From an uncultured Rhodospirillaceae bacterium (GTDB lineage Bacteria; Pseudomonadota; Alphaproteobacteria; UBA8366), in assembly GCA_913043025.1 (NCBI GenBank), contig CAJWLM010000008.1:39306-103305 (forward strand): a stretch of DNA of 64,000 nucleotides, in the 5' to 3' direction. Made by a program: the position numbers and the translations under genes. A model generated the notes under the pieces. That model made no database searches, was not told where the DNA came from, and was given only the letters and a program-made list of their open reading frames with translations. Below, piece by piece: positions 19,566 through 28,878 of the stretch. Position 1 is the stretch's first letter. Every line of letters begins with the position of its first letter.

Positions 19566-20465
19566 ATGCGTCATGCCTTGCGCCATTCCGTTACTAATGT
19601 ATTCGATACGGATAAAAGAATATCTGCTTTATCCGGTATTGAAAGCAAAATGCTTGATCTTGTGTCATGCGCTGATGACTTGCATTCGGATATAAAAAAC
19701 GCCGTACACTATCATCTCAACGGTGAAGGCAGAAGAATCCGAGCGCGGCTAGCTATCGATACTAGTTTTGCTCTGGACCTCGATTTAGATGATACAATCG
19801 CAATAGGTGCAACAGTTGAATTACTCCACAATGCATCTCTAGTACATGACGATTTGCAAGACAGGGATGAAATGCGGAGGGGAGCACCCAGTGTATGGGC
19901 AAAATTCGGGGAACCAATTGCGATTTGTGTTGGGGACCTCTTAATATCAGCCGCCTATGCTGCCGGCGCGAGCCTCAAAAAAAGTAATAACTCGGCAAAT
20001 TTTATACAAAACGTCCACAGTAGCGTATCACGAACTATTTATGGACAATCCGCAGATCTCTATGCACAGGTGCATAAGCCCAAAAATTTGAATGTTTATG
20101 AAAAAATAGCGGCCGCCAAGTCAGGACCTCTATTGAGCATGCCAATGGAATTGCCTTTGATCGTTGCCGGTCATAACGACAAGATTGAAGCATGCAGACG
20201 CGCGTTGAATTATTATGCGATAGCATACCAAATAGCCGATGACATAAATGACATTGACCAGGACCAAAGCATTGGGGACGATCAAGTCCGATTGAATGCG
20301 GTGTTAATTTTCGGTGAAGGTAGCGTCACTAAGGATGCAATAAATCGATCTACAGAACGATTAAATGAATTATTGCAATTAGCACTCAGTGAAGCCGAGT
20401 TATTGCCTTCATCATGTCATGATACCTTGACGCGGTACTGTCATTTTCTAACTAAAAGAATATGA
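19566..20465 (+). CDS. crtE: Geranylgeranyl diphosphate synthase (polyprenyl synthetase)
   Basis: 299 aa. First Asp-rich motif is LVHDDLQD and the second is QIADDINDID. An ATGA overlap links it to crtI. Confidence 0.85.
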   Translation: MRHALRHSVTNVFDTDKRISALSGIESKMLDLVSCADDLHSDIKNAVHYHLNGEGRRIRARLAIDTSFALDLDLDDTIAIGATVELLHNASLVHDDLQDRDEMRRGAPSVWAKFGEPIAICVGDLLISAAYAAGASLKKSNNSANFIQNVHSSVSRTIYGQSADLYAQVHKPKNLNVYEKIAAAKSGPLLSMPMELPLIVAGHNDKIEACRRALNYYAIAYQIADDINDIDQDQSIGDDQVRLNAVLIFGEGSVTKDAINRSTERLNELLQLALSEAELLPSSCHDTLTRYCHFLTKRI

Positions 20466-21934
20466 AAGACGCTATTGTAATCGGCGGAGGTTTTGGCGGT
20501 ATAGCTGCATCTTTAAGGCTTAGGGCAAAGGGCTATAATGTTGAGCTTTTTGAACGCAGAGCAGAAATCGGCGGCAGAGCCCAAGTTTTTACATTAGATG
20601 GTTTCACACATGATGCCGGCCCTACGGTAATAACTGCCCCATTTTTATTTGAGGAACTTTTCAGTCTCTTCGGAAAAAAACTGTCGGATTATATCACCCT
20701 TGTACCTGTCGATCCTTGGTATCGTTTTTATTTCCCTGATGGAACACAGTTTGATTATGGTGGGACATTAGAGGACACACTCTCCGAGATATCAAAATTT
20801 GAGCCAAGTGATACTCAGGGATATCTGGAGCTTCTCAAACATTCACAGAATATATTTGAGGTTGCTTTTGACGAATTATCTGACCAACCATTCCATGAAT
20901 TTAGTTTGCTGTTTAAGACGACACCCACGCTAGTAAAACTTAAGTGCTACAAGACAGTTTGGCAGTTAGTGAGCACCTATCTTAAAAATGAAAAATTACG
21001 CCAAGCGTTCTCCATACAACCACTTCTTCTTGGTGGAAACCCATTTGATACAACGTGTATTTATTCACTGATCCATTTTCTAGAGCGCAAATGGGGTATT
21101 TATTTTCCGATCGGAGGCACGGGTGCATTAGTACAAGCTTTTAAAAAATTGATGACCGAAGAGGGCATAAAAATAACCACCAACTCTACGATTGAAAAAA
21201 TTATAGTTAAAAATAAGAAAACCAAAGGTGTTATAATTGACTCAGGTCGTAAAATTAGCGCGGATATAATCGTTTCAAATGCTGACCCCATGCACATGTA
21301 TAGCAGCATGATATCAACGGGAGACCAATCAATAACAGCACGCGTTAAGCAGAGATTATCGAAAGTTTCGATGGGTCTTTACGTATTATACTTCGGGACA
21401 CGTCGGACTTATTCAGATGTGGCGCATCATACTATTTGGATGGGAGCTCGCTACAAGGAGTTATTGAAGGATATTTTTGATCGCAAAATTTTAGCGGATG
21501 ATTTTTCACTTTATCTACATCGTCCTACAGCTACAGATCCTAGTTTTGCGCCTGAAGGTTGCGATTCATTCTACGTTCTGTGTCCTGTCCCAAATCTTCT
21601 TGGTTCAGTAGACTGGGAAATCGAGGGGCCACTTCTCCAAAAAAGGATTGTTAGCGCGCTTGGTAACACTATTCTTCCCGGCCTAACATCAACGATTTGC
21701 TCGACTTTTTTTATGACACCAGTGGATTTTAAAGAGAATTATCTCACTGCTTTTGGGAGTGGATTTTCTATAGCGCCAACATTTAAGCAATCTGCTTGGT
21801 TTCGATTTCACAATAAAGCTGAGGGTCCGAAGAATTTATTTTTAGTGGGAGCCGGAACCCACCCGGGGGCAGGATTACCAGGAGTCATAAGCTCCGCAAA
21901 GGTGGTAGATAAAATGATACCTCGGTCAAATTAG
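20462..21934 (+). CDS. crtI: Phytoene desaturase
   Basis: 490 aa. N-terminal FAD fold is AIVIGGGFGGIAASLRL. The C-terminal LFLVGAGTHPGAGLPGV is typical of CrtI. Confidence 0.9.
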   Translation: MKDAIVIGGGFGGIAASLRLRAKGYNVELFERRAEIGGRAQVFTLDGFTHDAGPTVITAPFLFEELFSLFGKKLSDYITLVPVDPWYRFYFPDGTQFDYGGTLEDTLSEISKFEPSDTQGYLELLKHSQNIFEVAFDELSDQPFHEFSLLFKTTPTLVKLKCYKTVWQLVSTYLKNEKLRQAFSIQPLLLGGNPFDTTCIYSLIHFLERKWGIYFPIGGTGALVQAFKKLMTEEGIKITTNSTIEKIIVKNKKTKGVIIDSGRKISADIIVSNADPMHMYSSMISTGDQSITARVKQRLSKVSMGLYVLYFGTRRTYSDVAHHTIWMGARYKELLKDIFDRKILADDFSLYLHRPTATDPSFAPEGCDSFYVLCPVPNLLGSVDWEIEGPLLQKRIVSALGNTILPGLTSTICSTFFMTPVDFKENYLTAFGSGFSIAPTFKQSAWFRFHNKAEGPKNLFLVGAGTHPGAGLPGVISSAKVVDKMIPRSN

Positions 21935-21937
21935 AAA

Positions 21938-22846
21938 ATGAATGAAGCAATTAACGAAAATATTTTTCGCACCCACGCAAGTTCATTTTATTTTGCCAGT
22001 TACTGGCTAGGCGGCAAGGATTTTCAGTCAGTGTCAGCACTCTATGCATTGTGTAGGAAAGTAGACGACATAGCTGACGAAGGTGTTTCAAACAATAAAT
22101 CGTTCGAGCAGCTCACTCACGTAATTGAAAGAATGCAGGCAAAAGACGTTACCAATGAATACGTTGATCATCTGACGTCGATTACTCCAGCTGTCGACGC
22201 TGAAATATTTACTCATTTGTTATTAGGCGTAAGAAGCGATACCCAACCGGTAGCCGTATCAGACGAAAAAGAACTAATACAATATTGTTACCGAGTAGCA
22301 GGCACGGTGGGTTTGATGATGTGCAATATTCTCAAAGTAGAAGATCCAAGGGCATTAGCACATGCAATCGACTTGGGCATTGCAATGCAATTAACCAATA
22401 TTGCTCGTGATGTCAGTGATGATGCAAAAATTGGACGCCGCTACCTGCCAGCAACATGGGTGAATAGTTGTAAGCCCGCTGAGATCTTATCCCCCTCGCA
22501 AGAACAAGTAATCCTTTTACAAAACGCTGTGGAACGATTGCTTATTTTAGCAGAGAAATATTATGCTTCAGGCTTCATTGGCCTTCCATTTCTGAGCTTT
22601 CGAGTGCGATTCGTGGTGTTGGTAGCCGGCCGAGTTTATCAAAAGATTGGAGCCAAGATTCGGAAGTCTGGGTTCAACGTCTGGGGCGGCCGTATTTATA
22701 CAACTAAAATGGAAAAATTAATCGAGCTGATAGTTTCAAGCTTTGTATGCTCTGCCGCTCCATCATTACGCCGCTACACAACAGGCCACAATAGTACTTT
22801 ACATGAGGCTCTGAAAGGATATCCGGGAGCCAATATTGAAGGATAG
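21938..22846 (+). CDS. crtB: Phytoene synthase
   Basis: 302 aa. Contains SFYFAS, LCRKVDDIADE and YCYRVAGTVGLMM..QLTNIARDV, the squalene/phytoene synthase signatures. Confidence 0.9.
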   Translation: MNEAINENIFRTHASSFYFASYWLGGKDFQSVSALYALCRKVDDIADEGVSNNKSFEQLTHVIERMQAKDVTNEYVDHLTSITPAVDAEIFTHLLLGVRSDTQPVAVSDEKELIQYCYRVAGTVGLMMCNILKVEDPRALAHAIDLGIAMQLTNIARDVSDDAKIGRRYLPATWVNSCKPAEILSPSQEQVILLQNAVERLLILAEKYYASGFIGLPFLSFRVRFVVLVAGRVYQKIGAKIRKSGFNVWGGRIYTTKMEKLIELIVSSFVCSAAPSLRRYTTGHNSTLHEALKGYPGANIEG

Positions 22847-22855
22847 ATTTATTTG

Positions 22856-23914
22856 ATGGTCTGGATACATATCGTAGGTGGTGGTGTTGCAGGACTATCG
22901 TTAGCAAGTGAGCTTTCGAAGTATCCGAGGCTACCTGGCTCAGTTGTTGTTAGTGACCCCAATATCGATTCCCGAGATGATCGTACATACAGCTTTTGGT
23001 CCGACCGTGACCACTCAAATTTCTTGCCCGGAACAAGCCAGTACTCAAAATGGGTGGTCTCTTCAGAAAGCAAAAGTGTAACACAGACCGGCAAAAATTG
23101 GCACTATTATAGAATTTCGGGTCGCGCCTTTTTCGAAAAATGCAAGAAGGTTATTGAGCGCCATCCCCAGTGTTTTCTCAACAATGAAACTATAGGTTCG
23201 AAACCTTCAGCAAAGTATGTATTCGATAGCCGTCCCCCCGGCACAAATCGTTTTCGCGCCTATCAAAGTTTCGTAGGAATAGAAATTAAATGTGAGCACG
23301 ATTTTGCTACGGATATCGCACTTCTAATGACAAATATGAGAACAGAGGATGCAGGATTATATTTTGAATACATGTTGCCAATAACCGACACAAGTTTGCT
23401 CATCGAAAGTACCTATTTTGGTACAATTCCGGGAAATATGGATAATCTTGAAAGAAATTCTCTAGAATGGATCAAAAATAATAATCTTACCGGACAAGTC
23501 ATTCGAAAAGAGAAGGCGCATATCCCAATGGGACTTCGCCCTAGCACCAATGATGATTGGGGTATTCCAATCGGGGCTCGTGGAGGAATGACCCGTGCCT
23601 CTAGTGGCTATGGTTTTATGAATATGCGTGCCTGGGCAAAAATAACAGCCAAAAAACTTACGGCTGGACAACCAATAACAAAATATAGGTCACCTCTACT
23701 TGAAACTTGGATGGACCTACAGCTTATAAAGATCATACAAAAAAAGCCCCAATATCTGCCAAAAATTTTTTTAGATATTGCACAAAACACAAAGGGTGAC
23801 GACTTTGCTTCATTCTTGACTAAAACCCGGCCCCTCAATGCGCTGCAGGTGATTACTGGTGCGCCAGCAAAGCCATTCTTAGAATCAATTATGCAAATGT
23901 TTAAAGAGAAATAA
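22856..23914 (+). CDS. crtY: Lycopene beta-cyclase
   Basis: N-terminal IVGGGVAGLSLA, and the position between crtB and blh. The ATG at 22856 lies one codon after the TTG used by the track. Confidence 0.8.
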   Translation: MVWIHIVGGGVAGLSLASELSKYPRLPGSVVVSDPNIDSRDDRTYSFWSDRDHSNFLPGTSQYSKWVVSSESKSVTQTGKNWHYYRISGRAFFEKCKKVIERHPQCFLNNETIGSKPSAKYVFDSRPPGTNRFRAYQSFVGIEIKCEHDFATDIALLMTNMRTEDAGLYFEYMLPITDTSLLIESTYFGTIPGNMDNLERNSLEWIKNNNLTGQVIRKEKAHIPMGLRPSTNDDWGIPIGARGGMTRASSGYGFMNMRAWAKITAKKLTAGQPITKYRSPLLETWMDLQLIKIIQKKPQYLPKIFLDIAQNTKGDDFASFLTKTRPLNALQVITGAPAKPFLESIMQMFKEK

Positions 23915-24690
23915 TGTTTTGGGATTATACAGCACTAGCACTAATTGCTCTTGGCGGAATACCGCATGGCGCGCTAGATCCGATTCTGGCAAAAAATGCA
24001 CGTATCTATAGTACTACATATGGTTTCATAATCTTTATTTGCACTTATTCATTCATAGGCATTTTAACAGCACTTTTCTGGATCAAATCACCTTTTATAG
24101 GACTGAGTTTGTTCATTCTTATATCGGTATATCATTTTAGCAGAGACCAAGTTTCTCAAATGCAGGGTATTCCATACGCCACGCTTATATTGGCATTGAC
24201 GGTCTGGTTTTGGCCTGCCGAGGTAGAACAAATTTTTAAAGGTTTAATTTTCGGAGAAGACCCTAAATATATTATTACGGTAATCCATTTCGCTGGCTAT
24301 TTTGCTGTTTTATCCTTACTTCTTGATATCAAAAATTGGAATTCACAAATATTATTTGATCTTCTTATGTTGTTGTTTTTAGCGGTTTTTTTTCCTCCTC
24401 TTATTTATTTTTCCCTATATTTTGTTTTCATACACAGCGCGCGACATATCAGACACGAATTTACCCTCCTGGATAGAGAAACACAGGGCCTGGCCGTTAA
24501 AAACATGGTCACTTATTCGGGGCTAACAATATTACTTGCAGTAACAGCCTACGGCTGGTTTTCCTCAAATCAAGATATTACTGATTTGCACTTCAAAATC
24601 TTATTCATTGGCTTGGCGGCGATAACGGTGCCCCATATGCTATTAATTGAATTGTTAAGGTTTCTTCGAGCTAAAGTAAACTCAGCTTAG
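23914..24690 (+). CDS. blh: Brp/Blh-family beta-carotene 15,15'-dioxygenase (retinal synthesis)
   Basis: 258 aa membrane protein with the four conserved His regions GIPHGALD, VYHFSRD, FIHSARH and VPHMLL. A TAATG overlap links it to crtY. Confidence 0.88.
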   Translation: MFWDYTALALIALGGIPHGALDPILAKNARIYSTTYGFIIFICTYSFIGILTALFWIKSPFIGLSLFILISVYHFSRDQVSQMQGIPYATLILALTVWFWPAEVEQIFKGLIFGEDPKYIITVIHFAGYFAVLSLLLDIKNWNSQILFDLLMLLFLAVFFPPLIYFSLYFVFIHSARHIRHEFTLLDRETQGLAVKNMVTYSGLTILLAVTAYGWFSSNQDITDLHFKILFIGLAAITVPHMLLIELLRFLRAKVNSA

Positions 24691-24842
24691 TTGAATTAAA
24701 ACCTACATGTTTTGTCCGTCATGCGTTTAAACCGTCCGAGAACCCAAAACCCCAAGCTACTTGACCCTGCTTATTAGTCTCTATTTGATACATAACAGCA
24801 CCTGTCACAAATATTGGAGTTTGCTAATGAATCGATTTTTTT

Positions 24843-25712
24843 ATGAATAAAGCCAGAATTGATTTCTCAGCCCCGCTTGTTTCTACAGACTGGCTAAACG
24901 CTCATCTTGACGCAGATAATGTGCGCATCATTGACGGCACATATTTCCTTCCGAATATTCGGCGTAACGCAGCGATTGAATACGAATCCGAACATATACC
25001 GGGAGCCTGTTTTTTTGATATTGATGACATCAAAGATCCACAAAACACTTTACCTCACATGATACCGCCGGCCGAAATTTTTTCTTCAAGGGTCAGGAAG
25101 ATGGGAATCAGCGATAGTGATTATATCGTCGTCTATGACAGGCTGGGTGTTTTTTCATCGCCTAGAATCTGGTGGACCTTTCAGCTCTTCAGCCATGAGA
25201 AAATAGCTATTCTCGACGGTGGACTTCCAAAATGGCTAAAGGAAAAATTACCGGTCACTGATCAAAAATATTCGCCAAAAGATGGGCATTTCACCGCCCA
25301 TTTGAATACGAAATTTTTGCGGACATTTGACCAAATTAAAGCAAATTTAGACACCAATGAGGAATTAATTATTGACGGAAGGCCTGATGGCCGTTTTTCC
25401 GGTGAGGTCAAAGAGCCACGGCCAGGCCTTGCTTGTGGTCATATTCCAGGCTCAGTTAATTTAATGCCTACCCTTTTTATGAATTCTGAAACCGGAGCAT
25501 TACTTTCAAAAAGTGAATTACGTAATGTTTTTGTAAAAGCAGGTATTGATCCAGAGGGCCCCATGGCTATGACATGTGGGTCCGGAGTTGCAGCTGCCAC
25601 ACTTTCTTTCGTGAGATTTTTAGTAACTGGAAAAATAGCACCCGTTTACGATGGGTCGTGGACCGAGTGGGGAAGCACAGAAGGCGCCCCAGTAGCCACC
25701 GGTCAATCTTAA
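24843..25712 (+). CDS. sseA: 3-mercaptopyruvate/thiosulfate sulfurtransferase (tandem rhodanese)
   Basis: 289 aa with two rhodanese domains. The active-site loop is MTCGSGVAAAT. The C-terminal YDGSWTEWG is present. Confidence 0.8.
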   Translation: MNKARIDFSAPLVSTDWLNAHLDADNVRIIDGTYFLPNIRRNAAIEYESEHIPGACFFDIDDIKDPQNTLPHMIPPAEIFSSRVRKMGISDSDYIVVYDRLGVFSSPRIWWTFQLFSHEKIAILDGGLPKWLKEKLPVTDQKYSPKDGHFTAHLNTKFLRTFDQIKANLDTNEELIIDGRPDGRFSGEVKEPRPGLACGHIPGSVNLMPTLFMNSETGALLSKSELRNVFVKAGIDPEGPMAMTCGSGVAAATLSFVRFLVTGKIAPVYDGSWTEWGSTEGAPVATGQS

Positions 25713-25726
25713 TTTGATTTCTAAGA

Positions 25727-26314
25727 ATGATTGATGGTGCTACAAATAATCTTACCGTCAGGGTTACGTACCTAAAAATGACTTCTCGCCCCGTTGGTAT
25801 CCTTCCACCAGCACCTGACCTAAACTCTGAAATTGAGCTTAGTAGGGTTGAGAGCCCTTCCATTGACTTCTATCGTCATATTTACGCTGAAGTGGGGCTT
25901 CCTTGGCTCTGGTATGAACGTACTGAGATGACAGATAAAGAGCTTCTTAAGATTATATCTGATGATCGAGTAAAAATATATGTTCTTTACGTCAACGGAG
26001 AGGCCGCTGGCTTCGCAGAACTCGACTCCAGACAGCCACCAAATAACGACTTGCGAGACATACACCTAGCATACTTCGGCTTAGCCAGTAGATATATAGG
26101 ACGTGGCCTTGGAACTTTCTTCATAAATTCAATACTTGATATAGCCTGGGCTAACGATATACGCCGAATTTGGCTGAGGACTTGCTCTTTAGACCACCCT
26201 GCTGCTCTATCTACATATCTAAAAGCAGGGTTTGTCATATACGGTCGCGAAACTTGTGTTATTGAAGATCCTCGCACGCGCAAAATCATACCAAATGTGC
26301 CAACGATTAAATAA
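25727..26314 (+). CDS. GNAT-family N-acetyltransferase
   Basis: 195 aa. Acetyl-CoA motif A is RYIGRGLGTFFINSILDIAW. The start is uncertain. Confidence 0.7.
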   Translation: MIDGATNNLTVRVTYLKMTSRPVGILPPAPDLNSEIELSRVESPSIDFYRHIYAEVGLPWLWYERTEMTDKELLKIISDDRVKIYVLYVNGEAAGFAELDSRQPPNNDLRDIHLAYFGLASRYIGRGLGTFFINSILDIAWANDIRRIWLRTCSLDHPAALSTYLKAGFVIYGRETCVIEDPRTRKIIPNVPTIK

Positions 26315-26316
26315 AT

Positions 26317-27429
26317 TTAAACATTTAATAGGTCGGAAACGTATTCACCAAGTGCCATGGAGCTAGTGATCCCGGGCGATTCAATTCCGAACATATTTAC
26401 TAATCCTTCAATGCCGTGATGGTTTGGGCCAGAAACCATAAAATCAGGCAACGAAGTTCCTGGACCATGTATTTTTGGCCTGATGCCGGCATAGTCTGGA
26501 CTGAGAGAGTCGTCTGGCAAACCTGGCCAATAGGTACGTATTGCCTCGTAAAATCCCTGGCACCGAGATGGGTCGACCTCATAATTAAAATCAGGGCTAC
26601 TTTCAAGCCACTCAACATCCGGCCCAAAACGGGCTCTCCCGCCCATATCAACAGTAATGTGAACACCAAGCCCTCCATCGCGGGGAATGGGGTACACAAG
26701 TTTCGAAAATGGCGCCTTACACGATAAGCCGTAATAGTTTCCTTTAGCAAAATATTCCTTTGGAACACTCGCTGGCTCTAATCCGTTAATTTTTCTTGCC
26801 AAAGCCGGGGCTTTTAAACCAGCACAATTAATTACACCGTTGCAATGCAAATCCATCGGCATCTCACCGCCGATAGAGAGTTCGATATAATTGGATTTGA
26901 TATTCCCAGACAAAACCGGGCTAAGGAATGCTATAACAGCGCCCTTCTCCTCGGCATCGCCCTGTAACGAAAGCATTAAAGAATGTGTATCAATTATACC
27001 AGTGGTCGGAGAATGAAGTGCCCCAACGCAGCGCAATTCGGGTTCCATCGCTATGGCCTCATTAGCACGAATAAGATCGAGGGGCACACCGTTCATTGAG
27101 GCTTTCTCTTGAATACCTTGCAATAATTCGAGCTGAGTTTCATCAGTCGCAACAATCAACTTTCCACAGTTACGGTGAGGAATACCTCTTTCTTCACAGT
27201 ACTGGTAAAGCATTATTTTCCCTTCAACGCAGACGCTAGCCTTTAGTGAACCAGGCTCATAATAGATGCCAGCGTGTATGACCTCCGAATTGCGCGAACT
27301 AGTTCCTGTGCCTATTGCATTTTCGCTCTCTAAAACGATCACCTCACAGCCACGGAGAGAAAGAGAACGGGCTACGGCTAAACCCACCACCCCAGCACCT
27401 ATTACTGCATATTCAATCCGATCAGCCAT
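26317..27429 (-). CDS. FAD-dependent oxidoreductase (DAO family, L-2-hydroxyglutarate oxidase-like)
   Basis: Contains YAVIGAGVVGLAVARSL and EVIHAGIYY. I prefer the ATG at 27429, preceded by AAGGAAA, over the TTG at 27453 used by the track. Confidence 0.7.
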   Translation of the reverse strand: MADRIEYAVIGAGVVGLAVARSLSLRGCEVIVLESENAIGTGTSSRNSEVIHAGIYYEPGSLKASVCVEGKIMLYQYCEERGIPHRNCGKLIVATDETQLELLQGIQEKASMNGVPLDLIRANEAIAMEPELRCVGALHSPTTGIIDTHSLMLSLQGDAEEKGAVIAFLSPVLSGNIKSNYIELSIGGEMPMDLHCNGVINCAGLKAPALARKINGLEPASVPKEYFAKGNYYGLSCKAPFSKLVYPIPRDGGLGVHITVDMGGRARFGPDVEWLESSPDFNYEVDPSRCQGFYEAIRTYWPGLPDDSLSPDYAGIRPKIHGPGTSLPDFMVSGPNHHGIEGLVNMFGIESPGITSSMALGEYVSDLLNV

Positions 27430-27542
27430 ATCTTCAGTTTCCTTGTGCACCAATTGCGTAAAATCTGTTAGAGTAAGAAATTCTGTTCCTATTTATGTCA
27501 ACACCCCTTTGGAATGAGCATATAACCGAAATCGGAGATGAT

Positions 27543-28703
27543 ATGAAGGACGATACTAAAATAATTCACGCAGGCCGAGCCCCTTTTGATCATTATGGCG
27601 CCGTAAACACCCCCGTCTACCACGCCTCAACGATTTTATTTCCAACAATGGCGCAATACCTCTCCCGGGGGACTGATCCAAATGTGAAGGTGCGTTACGG
27701 ATTACGCGGTACGCCGACCTCTTTTGCACTAGAAGATGCGCTTACAGAACTTGAATCTGGCGCCGGCACAATTTTAAATCCATCGGGACTTCAGGCAATT
27801 ACAATGGCTTTTATGGCGTTTGTTGAGCCCGGAGATCACGTTCTTGTAACTGATAATACATATGCCCCATGCCGATCCTTCTGCGATAATTTCCTCTCCC
27901 GTTTTGGAGTGACTACTGAATACTACGACCCGCTCATTGGTGAAGGTGTGAAAGAACTAATACGTCAAAATACGAAGTTAATTTGGACAGAGTCACCCGG
28001 TTCGCAAACTTTTGAAGTTCAGGATATTCCAGTCATCGCGGATATTGCTCGCCAAGCTGGCGTCATTTCCATAATAGATAATACTTGGTCATCTGGTTAT
28101 TTTTTCAAAGCAATCGAAAATGGCATAGATGTATCCATTCACGCTTCCACAAAATATATAAGCGGTCACTCGGATGTAATGATGGGGGCAATAATTTGTA
28201 ATGAAGCCACCTATGAAAGAGTTAAAGAAATCACAGACCTATTTGGGAACTTCGCCGCACCAGACGACGTATATCTTACGCTCAGAGGTTTACGAACTAT
28301 GGGCGTGCGAATGAGCCGCCAGCATACAAATGGTATTAAAGTAGCGAAGTGGTTAGAGGCGCATCCGCTGGTTATGAAGGTTATGCATCCAGCACTCGAG
28401 AGCGACCGCGGGCATGATATTTGGAAACGCGATTTCACTGGAGCAGCAAGCCTCTTTGGTTTTATCGTTAATGAAACTGACCAAACCAAAGTCGCTGCTT
28501 TCTTAGATGGAATGAAGTTATTTGGCATGGGGTCAAGCTGGGGTGGATATGAAAGTTTATTAATCCCAACATTTCCGAACGAAAACCGGTCAGTAACCAA
28601 ATGGGAACCTGACGGTCAAACGATGCGTATTCATATCGGACTAGAAGACCCGGATGATTTAATAGATGATCTTGAAGATGGGCTTCGACGATTAGCTAAA
28701 TGA
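27543..28703 (+). CDS. metC: Cystathionine beta-lyase
   Basis: The N-terminal MKDDTKIIHAGR and the PLP-Lys signature HASTKYISGHSD are present. I prefer the ATG at 27543 (GGAG upstream) over 27495. Confidence 0.8.
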   Translation: MKDDTKIIHAGRAPFDHYGAVNTPVYHASTILFPTMAQYLSRGTDPNVKVRYGLRGTPTSFALEDALTELESGAGTILNPSGLQAITMAFMAFVEPGDHVLVTDNTYAPCRSFCDNFLSRFGVTTEYYDPLIGEGVKELIRQNTKLIWTESPGSQTFEVQDIPVIADIARQAGVISIIDNTWSSGYFFKAIENGIDVSIHASTKYISGHSDVMMGAIICNEATYERVKEITDLFGNFAAPDDVYLTLRGLRTMGVRMSRQHTNGIKVAKWLEAHPLVMKVMHPALESDRGHDIWKRDFTGAASLFGFIVNETDQTKVAAFLDGMKLFGMGSSWGGYESLLIPTFPNENRSVTKWEPDGQTMRIHIGLEDPDDLIDDLEDGLRRLAK

Positions 28704-28878
28704 TAAACCCTGCTATGAAAAAATTACCTAGAAGAACTTTCTGCCCGGCAATTTTTACCGCATTGCAAGTTGCACCGGGCTTCATGGTAAAACTGGACTA
28801 GTAATTTGCATTTTTACCTCACATAGCATTAACTCGTTATCTATCTGGTCATTCACCTTTCAGCAAGTTGAGACAACT

